DNA of 57,981 nt from Bacteroidales bacterium. Lineage in GTDB: Bacteria > Bacteroidota > Bacteroidia > Bacteroidales > UBA4181. The DNA lies in the NCBI GenBank assembly GCA_031551455.1, contig JAVBNP010000037.1:1-57981 (forward strand), given 5' to 3'. Below, one piece after another: positions 48,235 to 57,958 of the stretch. A model generated the notes under the pieces. It worked only from the letters and a program-made list of their open reading frames with translations. It did not search any database and was not told the origin of the DNA. A program made the position numbers and the translations under genes. Position 1 is the first letter of the stretch; every line of letters starts with the position of its first letter.

Positions 48235-50499
48235 TCAGGTCATATGTATTTCCAATATTTCCGTCAACTTTTTATAATCGATCGGTTCTTCGGGTACCGC
48301 ATCGCAGCGACAGACGCGGATCAGCGGCAGATACTCTTCGGTCAGTGAGGGAACGATAAGTATTACGGGCAATTCGGGACGAACGGACTTGATGTGTTCG
48401 AGAATTTCGCCGTCCACAATCCGAAACGAGGCCATATCGACAATGACTGCGTTGATTTGGTCGCACTGTTCGATATAATCCGAAGGATCATGTAAACAGG
48501 AAAACCGGATAACGGATGCACCCGTTGCGGTGAGCAGTTTTTTGTAATACAGATATTTCACTTCTTCGGGTTCGATCATTAAGATCACCTTGCCGGTGAA
48601 GGGTTTATCGAACGACGATTTTCTTTCGGGCGGCTCGTCAAAAAGATATTTATCTTCGGGAACGACGGGTACATAAGGTATGATGAATCGGAACGATGAC
48701 CCCGTTCCTTCAACCGATTCCACTTCCATGCGACCACCCATTAGACGCACAAGACTACGGGAGAGCGTTAATCCGAGTCCCGTTCCTCCGTGAAGGCGGT
48801 TGTTTCCCAATTCTGCTTGGCGAAAACTTTCGAAAATAACTTCCAAGCGGTCGGGAGCCAGCCCGATACCGGAATCTTCCACCGTAAATTCCAACATTCC
48901 GGGCGCCGATTGTCGATAACCGAAACGAATGTAGCCGTTACCGGTGAATTTGACGGCATTTTCCATCAGATGGTACAGTACTTGTCGCAAACGCAACGGG
49001 TCGACAAACGCAACGCAATGTTGAATGTTTCCGCATTTGTCCGCGAGCAAGGTAATACGGCTTTTACTCGTGGTTTTCATTCGGGTTTCGAAGAACGCTT
49101 GCAGCTCGTTCATCAATTCGTTAATCGGAAAAGGAACGGGAAAAATTTGCAATTGTCCGGTCTCCATTTCGGCGAGGTCGAGAATATCGTCCATTAACTG
49201 CAATAATTGTCGACCGGCGGTATTGGCCATGCCGATATATTCTCGACGAAGTTCGGCCGTGAGATCATCGGCTGCCAGAAGGTTGAGAAATCCGGTGATG
49301 GCGTTGAGGGGGGTACGTACTTCGTGCGACATGTTGGCCAAAAATGCCGATTTTAATTTGTCGGACTCTTCGGCTTTCTCTTTGGCACGAATGAGATTTG
49401 CTTCTGTTTTTTTCCGTCGCGTAATGTCGGATGAGCATTGCAGATGCACCGTTCGTCCGTCGGTCCATTTAATGGCCGTGTCGGCATTCGTGTACCATTT
49501 CCCCGTTTTGTCGTTCCGATATTCCCAACGATACGAACCAACCGGTCGGTTTTTTTCATCAAATAAATTTGAGCGGGGACAAAACCAGCACGGAGCGTCT
49601 TTTCCTTCCTGCAATACTTCCCAGCACGGCCGGCCTTCGATGTCGTCGCCCATTTCCGCTTTTATGTTCTTGTTGGCAAACAAAATTCTGCATGTTTCGA
49701 AATCGGCCGCAAAAATGTTGGCGTTGATATTATCCAAAATAGTGTGCATCGTCTGTTGGGAAAGGCGCAGAGATGTTTCGACGCGATGACGTCGCAGCGA
49801 AGTTGAGATGATATGCGAAAGAGCCGAAAGCAAATCTGTTTCACTTTGTTCCCATACACGATGCATACATTCGTCGAATCCGACAAATCCGAAATGAATG
49901 CCGTCGGAAATGAGCGGAGTGGCCAAAAGCGATTTGATGTTCCTTTCGACCATGATTTTTACCAAGAAAGGATCCAACACGGCGGTATCGGAAACGCAGA
50001 CAGACCCTCCGGTATTGAATTTTTTGTACCAGTTATTCAAATACACTACAGGGATGTTTTGCAATCCGTCGATAGCGGGCATCGTTTCTTCACTGCACCA
50101 TTCGTAAGTGTTTCTTGCAATCTTTTTTTCGGCATCATATTCGAAGATGTGAACACGGCTTACCTCGGCATATCTGCCGATTTCGTCCAAAACGACATTA
50201 AGTGCTTGAGGGATGTCATCCGCCGATTGCATAATTTGCAATACTTTGATGAGAATGCCTTGCTGTCGGCGCGTATTCTCCAATTCCCGTTCGGTGATAT
50301 CAACCGGAAAAACGGCCCGAACCGGAACTCCGTTTTCCGTAACACGTCGACGGGAGTGCGTATGTATCCGGTTGATCTCGTCCGTTTGCTCGGAACGAGT
50401 TTGTTTTAGAGCAACGGTTTCTTCATCCGATAAAGCAATGCGGTTGCGTTTCGAGTTCACGGAGAAAATATCCCGGAATGATTTAAAAATGTCGATCAA
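48235..50499 (-). CDS. Cytoplasmic hybrid sensor histidine kinase (GAF-PAS-HisKA-HATPase-REC)
   Basis: H-box SHEVRTPLNAI, G-boxes DSGIGL and GGTGLGL, and a C-terminal receiver (…AVIVDMAS…). No TM segment is evident. Confidence 0.85.
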   Translation of the reverse strand: MIDIFKSFRDIFSVNSKRNRIALSDEETVALKQTRSEQTDEINRIHTHSRRRVTENGVPVRAVFPVDITERELENTRRQQGILIKVLQIMQSADDIPQALNVVLDEIGRYAEVSRVHIFEYDAEKKIARNTYEWCSEETMPAIDGLQNIPVVYLNNWYKKFNTGGSVCVSDTAVLDPFLVKIMVERNIKSLLATPLISDGIHFGFVGFDECMHRVWEQSETDLLSALSHIISTSLRRHRVETSLRLSQQTMHTILDNINANIFAADFETCRILFANKNIKAEMGDDIEGRPCWEVLQEGKDAPCWFCPRSNLFDEKNRPVGSYRWEYRNDKTGKWYTNADTAIKWTDGRTVHLQCSSDITRRKKTEANLIRAKEKAEESDKLKSAFLANMSHEVRTPLNAITGFLNLLAADDLTAELRREYIGMANTAGRQLLQLMDDILDLAEMETGQLQIFPVPFPINELMNELQAFFETRMKTTSKSRITLLADKCGNIQHCVAFVDPLRLRQVLYHLMENAVKFTGNGYIRFGYRQSAPGMLEFTVEDSGIGLAPDRLEVIFESFRQAELGNNRLHGGTGLGLTLSRSLVRLMGGRMEVESVEGTGSSFRFIIPYVPVVPEDKYLFDEPPERKSSFDKPFTGKVILMIEPEEVKYLYYKKLLTATGASVIRFSCLHDPSDYIEQCDQINAVIVDMASFRIVDGEILEHIKSVRPELPVILIVPSLTEEYLPLIRVCRCDAVPEEPIDYKKLTEILEIHMT

Positions 50500-50600
50500 G
50501 GTCGCAATTCAAAATTTATTCGATGTAACATGATGATACGAAAGGCAGAGTACGGATGTTGCCGGTTCGACCCTGCCTTAAAATCGGTTCAACTCTTGAC

Positions 50601-52928
50601 CTATGCCGGATATGCCATCAGCAGAACTCGTTGCAATTTTTCCCGGTGATCGCAAATGGGAATGTATTTTTGCTTGAACGCTTGTGTCTTTCCGGGGCCG
50701 GTAACTACGGATTGTACATCCTCGTACGATTTACCGCAACTGACATTTTGCCAAGCTTCTTTTGCCGCTTCTTCTTCAATAAAGTCGGAAAGGCGACGAC
50801 CAATGAAGTGGTCCTTGGTGGCATTTTCGAACGATTCAATCATTAGGCGATTGATGTCGGTGATCACGGCGTCGGGCGAAAATTCGACCATATTGAACGA
50901 CTCGAATACGGATCGATACAATTGGCGCATTTCGTGATCTTTTTCCATGCTTTCTTTTTGCAGACGCTCCATTTCATTTAATGTTTCGAGCATATCGGCT
51001 TCGCGGCGACGCATTTCTTCTTGCGTTGTTTGCATTTCTTCCATGTTTTGGCGCAACTCTTCTTCTTGATTGGCCAATTCCTCGGCTTGATGTTTGGTTT
51101 GTATCAACAGCCGTTCGGTTCGCAGGCTTACCCGAACGGTAGCAATGGTGGCGGCAATGCTTTCGCTTACTTTTTTGACAAATTCGAGTTGATACGGCTC
51201 AAATTCGCGGAATGAGGCCAATTCGACGATTCCGAATATCTCGCCGTTCACTTTCAGCGGGCAAATCAACAGTGCACGCGGATTGCCGTCGCCCAAGCCC
51301 GAGGTAATATTGATATAATCGTCGGGGATATCGGTCATGTAGACGGGTTCGCCCTCCAAATAACAGCTGCCTGTCAATCCTTCGCCGGGAAGTATCCGTT
51401 TTTCGGCGAATTTCTTGCGGTCGAAGGCATAACACGCTTTCATTTCAAGCGCTTTTTCGTGTCCGTCCTCATCGAGAATGAAAATACCGCCTTGGTTGGC
51501 ATTCAAATATTTTACCAGATTACTGATGATGTTGTACGACAAAATTTCCATGTCGTTGTTGTCGCGACGCAATATTTCGGCGAATTTGGCCAATCCTGCC
51601 GTTCCCCAATTACGATGTTCTTCTTCCGTCTTTCGGGCTGCTTCGTCATCATGCGCTTTTTGCAAGCTCAGGCGCATTTCGAGTAATGAATTGCCCAGTA
51701 CGTCTTCATCGCTTAACGGTTGGTACGAGGCGTCTAAGTTGCCTTTGCCGATATTTTTTGCAAAGTGCGAAGTGCGTTGCAATCCGTCGACCAAGCAGGC
51801 GAGTTCGGTTTTCATTTTTCCGATTTCATCGAGATTTCGATCATCGTCGATGCGAAGGTTGATTCGTCCGAACGACAATTGATGGATGATACCCGTCACA
51901 TCAATCACGCCTTTCAGCATGGCGCGTATCACAAACCATCCCGCAAGGGTGATTAATATGATGCCGACGAGGCAATAGGCGATTAGGTAACCGGCTGTTT
52001 GACGGGCTTGTGCGTATATTTCTTCTTTGGGAACACGTACGGCATAAAACCACGGATCGGTGTTTTCGCCCAATCGGATGGGGACGTATACGTTGTACAC
52101 CTTTTTTCCTTCGAAATCGTACATTCCTTCAAACATTTTTCCTGCGGACAGTTTGTTCAATATTTCGCGATCGCCGTTTTCGGCTTGCGTTCCGATTTGC
52201 GATTGATCGAGATGCAGGGCAATGTTGCCTTTGTCGGTGACCAATTTTCCCGAAGTGCCGTGTGCAAAGCCCGCAATCAGCTTGTTCAGTTCGTCGATCC
52301 GAAAGTCGGTTCCGACGGCTCCGACAAACTTCCCGCCGACAAGGATCGGCACGCAAATACTGAAATACCAAGTTTTTTTTCCTCCGGCATCATTATACAT
52401 GTAAGGCTCGGTAATAATTTCGCGTCCGGTTGCCTTGGTACGGATGTAAAACTCGTAATTGTCGTTATCCTCCATGGTCACTATTTGGCCGGCGGTGAAC
52501 CATGGCGAAAACCGCCCCAGCGAATTGCTTCCCGTGCGATCGACAAAAAGCGAATCCATCCCGTCCACGGCATTCGGCTCGAAGCTGCACCATATATTAT
52601 GTAATTTTTTTTCGGCCGTTACCAACTGTTCTATTTCGGCCAACATTAACGTCCGTTTTTTATCGTTGGGGATGATGTCCGACGAAACGATTTTGGTTAT
52701 TACTCCCGAATAAGCACGGACGACACATGCTGCACTATTGACCGTTTCCGACAATCGTCCGCCGGCTTCGGTGGCCGACAGTTGTGCTATTTCGGACGAG
52801 CTTTCCAACGAGCCGGAACGCAGCGGATTCAGCAATAACAGGCAAACCGCAGTCATTACCGCGAAACTTGCCCCTCCTACCATCAAGGGCAGTTTTATTT
52901 TAATGGATAAATTTCGAAATTTTGTCAT
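50601..52928 (-). CDS. Membrane sensor protein: Cache-like periplasmic domain, HAMP, GAF, coiled coil and PAS, with no recognisable output domain
   Basis: Two TM helices flank a periplasmic region of about 280 aa. Then come a HAMP-like linker, a GAF segment (…GEGLTGSCYLEGEPVYMTDI…GIVELASF), a heptad-rich stretch and a C-terminal PAS-like fold. Confidence 0.6.
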   Translation of the reverse strand: MTKFRNLSIKIKLPLMVGGASFAVMTAVCLLLLNPLRSGSLESSSEIAQLSATEAGGRLSETVNSAACVVRAYSGVITKIVSSDIIPNDKKRTLMLAEIEQLVTAEKKLHNIWCSFEPNAVDGMDSLFVDRTGSNSLGRFSPWFTAGQIVTMEDNDNYEFYIRTKATGREIITEPYMYNDAGGKKTWYFSICVPILVGGKFVGAVGTDFRIDELNKLIAGFAHGTSGKLVTDKGNIALHLDQSQIGTQAENGDREILNKLSAGKMFEGMYDFEGKKVYNVYVPIRLGENTDPWFYAVRVPKEEIYAQARQTAGYLIAYCLVGIILITLAGWFVIRAMLKGVIDVTGIIHQLSFGRINLRIDDDRNLDEIGKMKTELACLVDGLQRTSHFAKNIGKGNLDASYQPLSDEDVLGNSLLEMRLSLQKAHDDEAARKTEEEHRNWGTAGLAKFAEILRRDNNDMEILSYNIISNLVKYLNANQGGIFILDEDGHEKALEMKACYAFDRKKFAEKRILPGEGLTGSCYLEGEPVYMTDIPDDYINITSGLGDGNPRALLICPLKVNGEIFGIVELASFREFEPYQLEFVKKVSESIAATIATVRVSLRTERLLIQTKHQAEELANQEEELRQNMEEMQTTQEEMRRREADMLETLNEMERLQKESMEKDHEMRQLYRSVFESFNMVEFSPDAVITDINRLMIESFENATKDHFIGRRLSDFIEEEAAKEAWQNVSCGKSYEDVQSVVTGPGKTQAFKQKYIPICDHREKLQRVLLMAYPA

Positions 52929-53216
52929 ACTTTAGTATTATTTTTATAGTTTTTTTTAATTAGCGTATATAATTTAATGTATCGATTTGACGTTTCTGAT
53001 GATAAATAAAGAAACCCGACGGGTTTAACCGAGCTTGTAAGCTTGGTTTGAAAACCTGCCGGGTCGAAAGTGAATGGTTTGGTGTTTCTCAAAAATCCGG
53101 AAAGCATTTCTAACCCCGGGAATTTTCGGGACAAAAATATTTCTTTCGGGTTTTTCTTTTTCCCGTACTAAAGTCCGGTTTTCGAGCATACGGCAAAAAC
53201 CAAACTTTAGTCCGGG

Positions 53217-54032
53217 TTGCAACACAACATAATTTCGGTTGTTAAAATGAATAGAGACGCAGGTTTTTCGAACATGAAATTGAAAGATGTATATCGGCTT
53301 TTTGAAGGACTGAATTCGACGGACGGAAATCGTACGGGAGATTCGCTCAATCCTTTTCTGAATATTTTCGATGCTTTTGCGAGAATCACCGGGCAAAGCA
53401 TTCATGTAACCGATTATTATCAACGGCGATTTGTTTATGTTTCCTCCGATCCGTTGTTTTTATGCGGGTATAAAGTCGAAGAAATTTTGCAGATGGGATA
53501 TTCTTTTTACGAAAAAGCGGTTGTGAAAGAAGATTTGGCTTTGCTCGAAGAGATCGACAAGAAAGGGCACGAACTCTTTTGTCGGCTTCCGCTCGAATCC
53601 CGCTTGAGGTCCATGCTGTCGTTCGATTATCGGATGCTGCAGCCGGATGGTAAAAGCATCATGGTGAATCAACGCAACACGCCCGCTTTTCTGACTGAGC
53701 AAGGCGAAGTTCGATTCGCTTTATGCGTGGTCAGCTTGTCAACACACAAACATCCGGGCAACGTAATCATCAAAGTGGACGATATATTGCACAATTACGA
53801 ATATTCTTTCGAAAGCAAAAAATGGCGAAAAGTATCAAGGATTCTGCTGACTGAAAGGGAAAAAGATGTTTTGCGCCTGTCGGCCCGAGGCTGTTCCAAC
53901 GATGTAATAGCCGACACGCTGTTTATCAACTTGAGCACCGTGAAATTTCACAAGACAAACATTTATGACAAGTTGAACGTGAAGAACATCACCGAAGCCG
54001 TCACGTTTGCCAACAATTACAATTTGTTGTGA
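53217..54032 (+). CDS. LuxR-family transcriptional regulator with an N-terminal PAS-like domain
   Basis: C-terminal HTH LTEREKDVLRLSARGCSNDVIADTLFINLSTVKFHKTNIYDKLNV. The ORF starts at TTG, and ATG alternatives lie at codons 11 and 20. Confidence 0.8.
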   Translation: MQHNIISVVKMNRDAGFSNMKLKDVYRLFEGLNSTDGNRTGDSLNPFLNIFDAFARITGQSIHVTDYYQRRFVYVSSDPLFLCGYKVEEILQMGYSFYEKAVVKEDLALLEEIDKKGHELFCRLPLESRLRSMLSFDYRMLQPDGKSIMVNQRNTPAFLTEQGEVRFALCVVSLSTHKHPGNVIIKVDDILHNYEYSFESKKWRKVSRILLTEREKDVLRLSARGCSNDVIADTLFINLSTVKFHKTNIYDKLNVKNITEAVTFANNYNLL

Positions 54033-54177
54033 TTCGGAGCGAGGTTTGTCGGCGATTCCTTTTTGCATTTTTTACATCATCGCGAATTGAATACGAAATA
54101 AAATTCGCCGGACGGATGCCGGAAATGTTGTTCGTAAAATGGTTGCTTTACGGATAAAGCCTAACTTGCTTTGTACA

Positions 54178-54210
54178 AGACCTATCAAATTTCAAAAACC
54201 CGATAGGTCT
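54178..54210. repeat. REP-like hairpin, same family (copy 5, degenerate)
   Basis: agacctatc-aaatttcaaaaaccc-gataggtct. The inner part of the left arm has decayed. Confidence 0.6.
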
Positions 54211-54416
54211 CAGCCGGCTAAATTTGTAACTGTTGTATATATATAATGTATATCGAAAATCGGAATAAGACACAGCGAATTTTCTCGAACAAAATTCCGT
54301 CGAATTTTAATCGCTTGAGAAATACGAAGAGAAAAACATTCTTCGAAAAACCGTAAAAATGTCATCCGAAATTGACAAAAAACTTGTAGGTTTGACTTTT
54401 GAAAAATCAATCAAAA

Positions 54417-55562
54417 ATGCGGTATAAGTATCTTTCGGTGATGTTGTTGTGTTTGTGTGTCGCAAGTGTGTTTGTCGGTTCGGCCGGTGATCCGCCGAAA
54501 CAAAATTTCACCGAATCCTTTCCGCAATTTCCCGACATGGTTTATGAATATCGCATTGCCGAATTGAATAAAACCACTCCGCTCGATTTGTCGTATAATC
54601 AATACGTTCGACGCTATATTGATATTTTTACCCTCGAACGCAGAGCGCAAGTGGAGCGATTTATCGGCTTGGCGGATTTTTATTTTCCCCTTTTCGAAGA
54701 ATATCTCTCGCGTTACGAATTGCCTTTGGAATTAAAATATTTGGCTGTGGTCGAATCGGGGCTCGATCCGTTGGCGCGTTCACCGTCTGACGCGATAGGA
54801 TTGTGGCAATTTTTGTATCATACCGCGCAAATGTTCGATTTGCAAGTGACTTCGTATGTCGACGAACGTTGTGATGTGCGTAAATCGACGGATGCCGCAT
54901 GTCGGTATCTGAAATATCTGCATCGAACATTCGGTGATTGGAACTTGGCGTTGGCGGCTTACAATGGTGGTCCGGGCGAATTGGAAAAAGCGATTGCCCG
55001 CAGCGGCGGAAAGAGAGACTTTTGGGAATTGTATCCGTATTTGACCGAAGCAATGCGCAATTACGTTCCGGCATTCATTGCCGTAAATTATGTTTTTAAT
55101 CAATACGGAGAACACAAACTTACCGCGGTTCCTTGCGATCTTTCGTTTTACGACTTGGATACCCTGCATGTTCGACATCAAATCGGGTTAGATGCCGTTG
55201 CCCGTAAAACGGGTTTGGACGAAAATATCGTGCGGCGGCTCAATCCGTGTTATCGGTTGGGCGAAATTCCCGAATCGGCGCAACCGATGATTTTGGTTTT
55301 GCCGAAAGAGAAAGCAATCGCCTTTTTGGAAGCCGAAAATCGAATCATATCGACCCGAAAAGGCAAAGAATCCGTACTTCCCGAAAATCGACAAGGCATG
55401 ACCGCCGTTAATTATTCCGTGAAAAAAGGCGATTTTCTGCATAAAATAGCCATTCGTTACGGGTGTACCGCAGAAGACATCTGCCGGTGGAATAATTTGC
55501 CAGACAAAAATCTTTCTGCCGGGATGAAACTCGTTATTTGGACAAGTCGGGAAATGAATTGA
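54417..55562 (+). CDS. Lytic murein transglycosylase (MltD-like, SLT domain plus LysM)
   Basis: LAVVESGLDP…GLWQF (SLT catalytic Glu region), AYNGGPG and C-terminal LysM YSVKKGDFLHKIAIRYGCTAEDICRWNNL. Confidence 0.8.
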   Translation: MRYKYLSVMLLCLCVASVFVGSAGDPPKQNFTESFPQFPDMVYEYRIAELNKTTPLDLSYNQYVRRYIDIFTLERRAQVERFIGLADFYFPLFEEYLSRYELPLELKYLAVVESGLDPLARSPSDAIGLWQFLYHTAQMFDLQVTSYVDERCDVRKSTDAACRYLKYLHRTFGDWNLALAAYNGGPGELEKAIARSGGKRDFWELYPYLTEAMRNYVPAFIAVNYVFNQYGEHKLTAVPCDLSFYDLDTLHVRHQIGLDAVARKTGLDENIVRRLNPCYRLGEIPESAQPMILVLPKEKAIAFLEAENRIISTRKGKESVLPENRQGMTAVNYSVKKGDFLHKIAIRYGCTAEDICRWNNLPDKNLSAGMKLVIWTSREMN

Positions 55563-55612
55563 TTGGATTTATCAATTATTAATGTTTGGTAATCAATCAC
55601 AATGCAAACGGT

Positions 55613-56860
55613 ATGGACGAAAAAATTCAACACAAACTTCATATTTTGGCCGATTCGGCCAAATATGACGTGTCGTGTTCGTCAAGCGGAAGCAATCGTC
55701 CCGCCGCGCGCGACGGAATAGGTACTGCCGTTAATTCCGGAATTTGTCACACATTTACCGAGGACGGACGATGTGTTTCGTTGCTCAAGGTGCTGTTGAC
55801 CAATGTTTGCATTTACGATTGCGCTTATTGCATCAACCGCCGCAGCAATGATATTCCCCGTGCAACATTGAAAGTGACCGAATTGGTCGATCTCACGCTC
55901 AACTTTTATCGCCGCAACTACATCGAAGGTTTGTTTTTAAGTTCGGGTGTTATTCGTAATCCCGATTATACCATGGAAGCCCTGTTACGGGTGGCCAAAT
56001 CGTTGCGTACCGAACATCGTTTCGGCGGATACATTCATTTGAAAGCCATTCCCGGAGCAAGTCCCGAATTGGTGCACGAAGCGGGATTGTACGCCGACCG
56101 TATGAGCGTGAATATCGAAATACCTTCGGAAACCAATCTGGTGAAATTGGCGCCCGAGAAAAATTATTCGGGAGTGCTGCGCCCGATGAATCAATTGAAG
56201 GATTCGATCATCGAATACAAAGAAGCGGGGAAAAAATCTCGAAAAACGCCGCGTTTTGTTCCCGCCGGACAAAGTACCCAATTGGTTGTCGGGGCGAGTA
56301 CCGATAACGACAAACAGATATTGACCCTTGCCTCGGGATTTTACGATAAACAGAATCTGAAAAGGGTTTATTATTCGGGATTCATCCCGGTGAATACGTA
56401 CGATACACGTTTACCCGCCGTCAAACAGGCGCCGTTGTTGCGCGAACATCGTTTATATCAAGCCGACTGGTTGATGCGATTTTACGAATTTCAATGCGAA
56501 GAAATTGTCGATGACGAACATCCCGATTTGGATGCCGACATCGATCCGAAATTAGCGTATGCGCTGCGTCATCCGTATCTTTTTCCGATCGACTTAAATA
56601 CGGCCGACTACGAAATGATTCTGCGCGTGCCCGGTATCGGCGTGCATTCGGCGCAACTGATCGTACACAATCGTCGTTTCGGGCGTATCACGTTAGCGCA
56701 TCTCAAAAGAATGCGTGTGGCATTGAATCGTGCCAAGTATTTCATCACTACCAAAGAACTGCCCGGGCAGTTAACCAATATTCGGCCTTCGCTGATTCGC
56801 CGACAACTGCAATTGAAGTCGGAAGCGCAAAAGCAATACGTGCAATTAACGTTGTTTTAA
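55613..56860 (+). CDS. Radical SAM protein, putative DNA modification/repair type (TIGR03916-like) with a C-terminal helix-hairpin-helix
   Basis: CxxxCxxC cluster CIYDCAYC and the HhH-like LRVPGIGVHSAQLIV. It is paired with the downstream partner gene. Confidence 0.7.
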   Translation: MDEKIQHKLHILADSAKYDVSCSSSGSNRPAARDGIGTAVNSGICHTFTEDGRCVSLLKVLLTNVCIYDCAYCINRRSNDIPRATLKVTELVDLTLNFYRRNYIEGLFLSSGVIRNPDYTMEALLRVAKSLRTEHRFGGYIHLKAIPGASPELVHEAGLYADRMSVNIEIPSETNLVKLAPEKNYSGVLRPMNQLKDSIIEYKEAGKKSRKTPRFVPAGQSTQLVVGASTDNDKQILTLASGFYDKQNLKRVYYSGFIPVNTYDTRLPAVKQAPLLREHRLYQADWLMRFYEFQCEEIVDDEHPDLDADIDPKLAYALRHPYLFPIDLNTADYEMILRVPGIGVHSAQLIVHNRRFGRITLAHLKRMRVALNRAKYFITTKELPGQLTNIRPSLIRRQLQLKSEAQKQYVQLTLF

Positions 56861-56869
56861 ATCTTTGCC

Positions 56870-57667
56870 GTGACGGATAAACCGATCCCCGCAACCGATC
56901 CCGTCGTGTATCTGTATGATGGTACTTTCGACGGTTTTTTGACTGTTGTTTTCGAAACGTATGCTTCGAAACGACCTCCGTTGCGGATTGTAAAAGAGCG
57001 TTGTCGACAATCGAATTTTTTCGATAACGAAATAAATATTGTCGCCGATGTCGAGAAAAGCGGACGAGTGTGGAAAGGCATCATTGCCCGATCGGATGTT
57101 CCCGTATCGCAAATGTTTTGCCTTGCTTTTGCGAGCGATTTATCCGACGTCGAAATCGCGATGTATCGATGGCTCGAAAAACTGTTTGCCGACACGACCG
57201 GTCATTTTTATAAAAACCTGCTCGACGAACACACATTCGAATTGTACGGTATTGCTCGTAAAGTAAAAAGAGAAATCAATCGTTTTTACGGATTCGTACG
57301 GTTTCAGGAAACTTCCGACGGGTTGTTTTTCTCGGTCATCGAGCCCGATCACGATATCGTGTCGTTGTTGGGGCCGCATTTTGCCGCTCGTTATCCCGTT
57401 CAATCGTGGGTTATCTACGACCGTCGACGCGATAAAGGCCTTTATTACGATAAATCGGAATTGCATGAAATTATACTTTCCGATAAACAGTTCGATGCGA
57501 TGACGGGAAACATCGATCAAAACATTAAAGCGGGAAATGAGGATGCGTATCGCAAGCTGTGGAAAGCATACTACAATGCCATCAACATCACCGAGCGGAA
57601 AAATACCCGATTGATGTTGCGTTGCCTTCCTCGACGCTATTGGAAGTACTTGCCGGAGAAACAATAA
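56870..57667 (+). CDS. Probable DNA metabolism protein, partner of the radical SAM enzyme (TIGR03915/DUF4130-like)
   Basis: GTG start 10 nt after the upstream stop. Has N-terminal VYLYDGTFDGFLTVVFETY and the C-terminal RCLPRRYWKYLPE motif characteristic of this family as I recall it. Confidence 0.65.
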   Translation: MTDKPIPATDPVVYLYDGTFDGFLTVVFETYASKRPPLRIVKERCRQSNFFDNEINIVADVEKSGRVWKGIIARSDVPVSQMFCLAFASDLSDVEIAMYRWLEKLFADTTGHFYKNLLDEHTFELYGIARKVKREINRFYGFVRFQETSDGLFFSVIEPDHDIVSLLGPHFAARYPVQSWVIYDRRRDKGLYYDKSELHEIILSDKQFDAMTGNIDQNIKAGNEDAYRKLWKAYYNAINITERKNTRLMLRCLPRRYWKYLPEKQ

Positions 57668-57919
57668 CAAATATGAAGTCAAATTGGCCGATCGGCTTGT
57701 CGAATCGGCCGGAAAATTCAACAATTTATACGGCGTTTGGTGTAAACAAAAATATGTGAGCCGCTTCCTACAAGGTATAAAAGGGCTTTTGAGGAATTTG
57801 TTCGAAAAAAAAATGAAATAAAATTGTGTAATACCAGAATAGTTTTTACATTTGCGTGCTCGAATTTGAAAATATGATCCGATGCCTCGATTTATGCGGC
57901 ATCGAAAAAAGATAATAAG

Positions 57920-57958
57920 AAGTAGTTAATTTAAGTAGTTAATTTAAGTAGTTAGTTT
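57920..57958. repeat. Tandem repeat, 13-mer x3 (AAGTAGTTAATTT)
   Basis: aagtagttaattt aagtagttaattt aagtagttagttt, 23 nt from the window end. Confidence 0.85.

Noticed and set aside
57920-57958. A CRISPR array, prophage, IS element or known defence system anywhere in the window.
   Set aside because: The only tandem repeat is 3 x 13 nt with no spacers. No cas, integrase, transposase, restriction-modification, toxin-antitoxin or nuclease/helicase defence signatures appear in any of the six frames.
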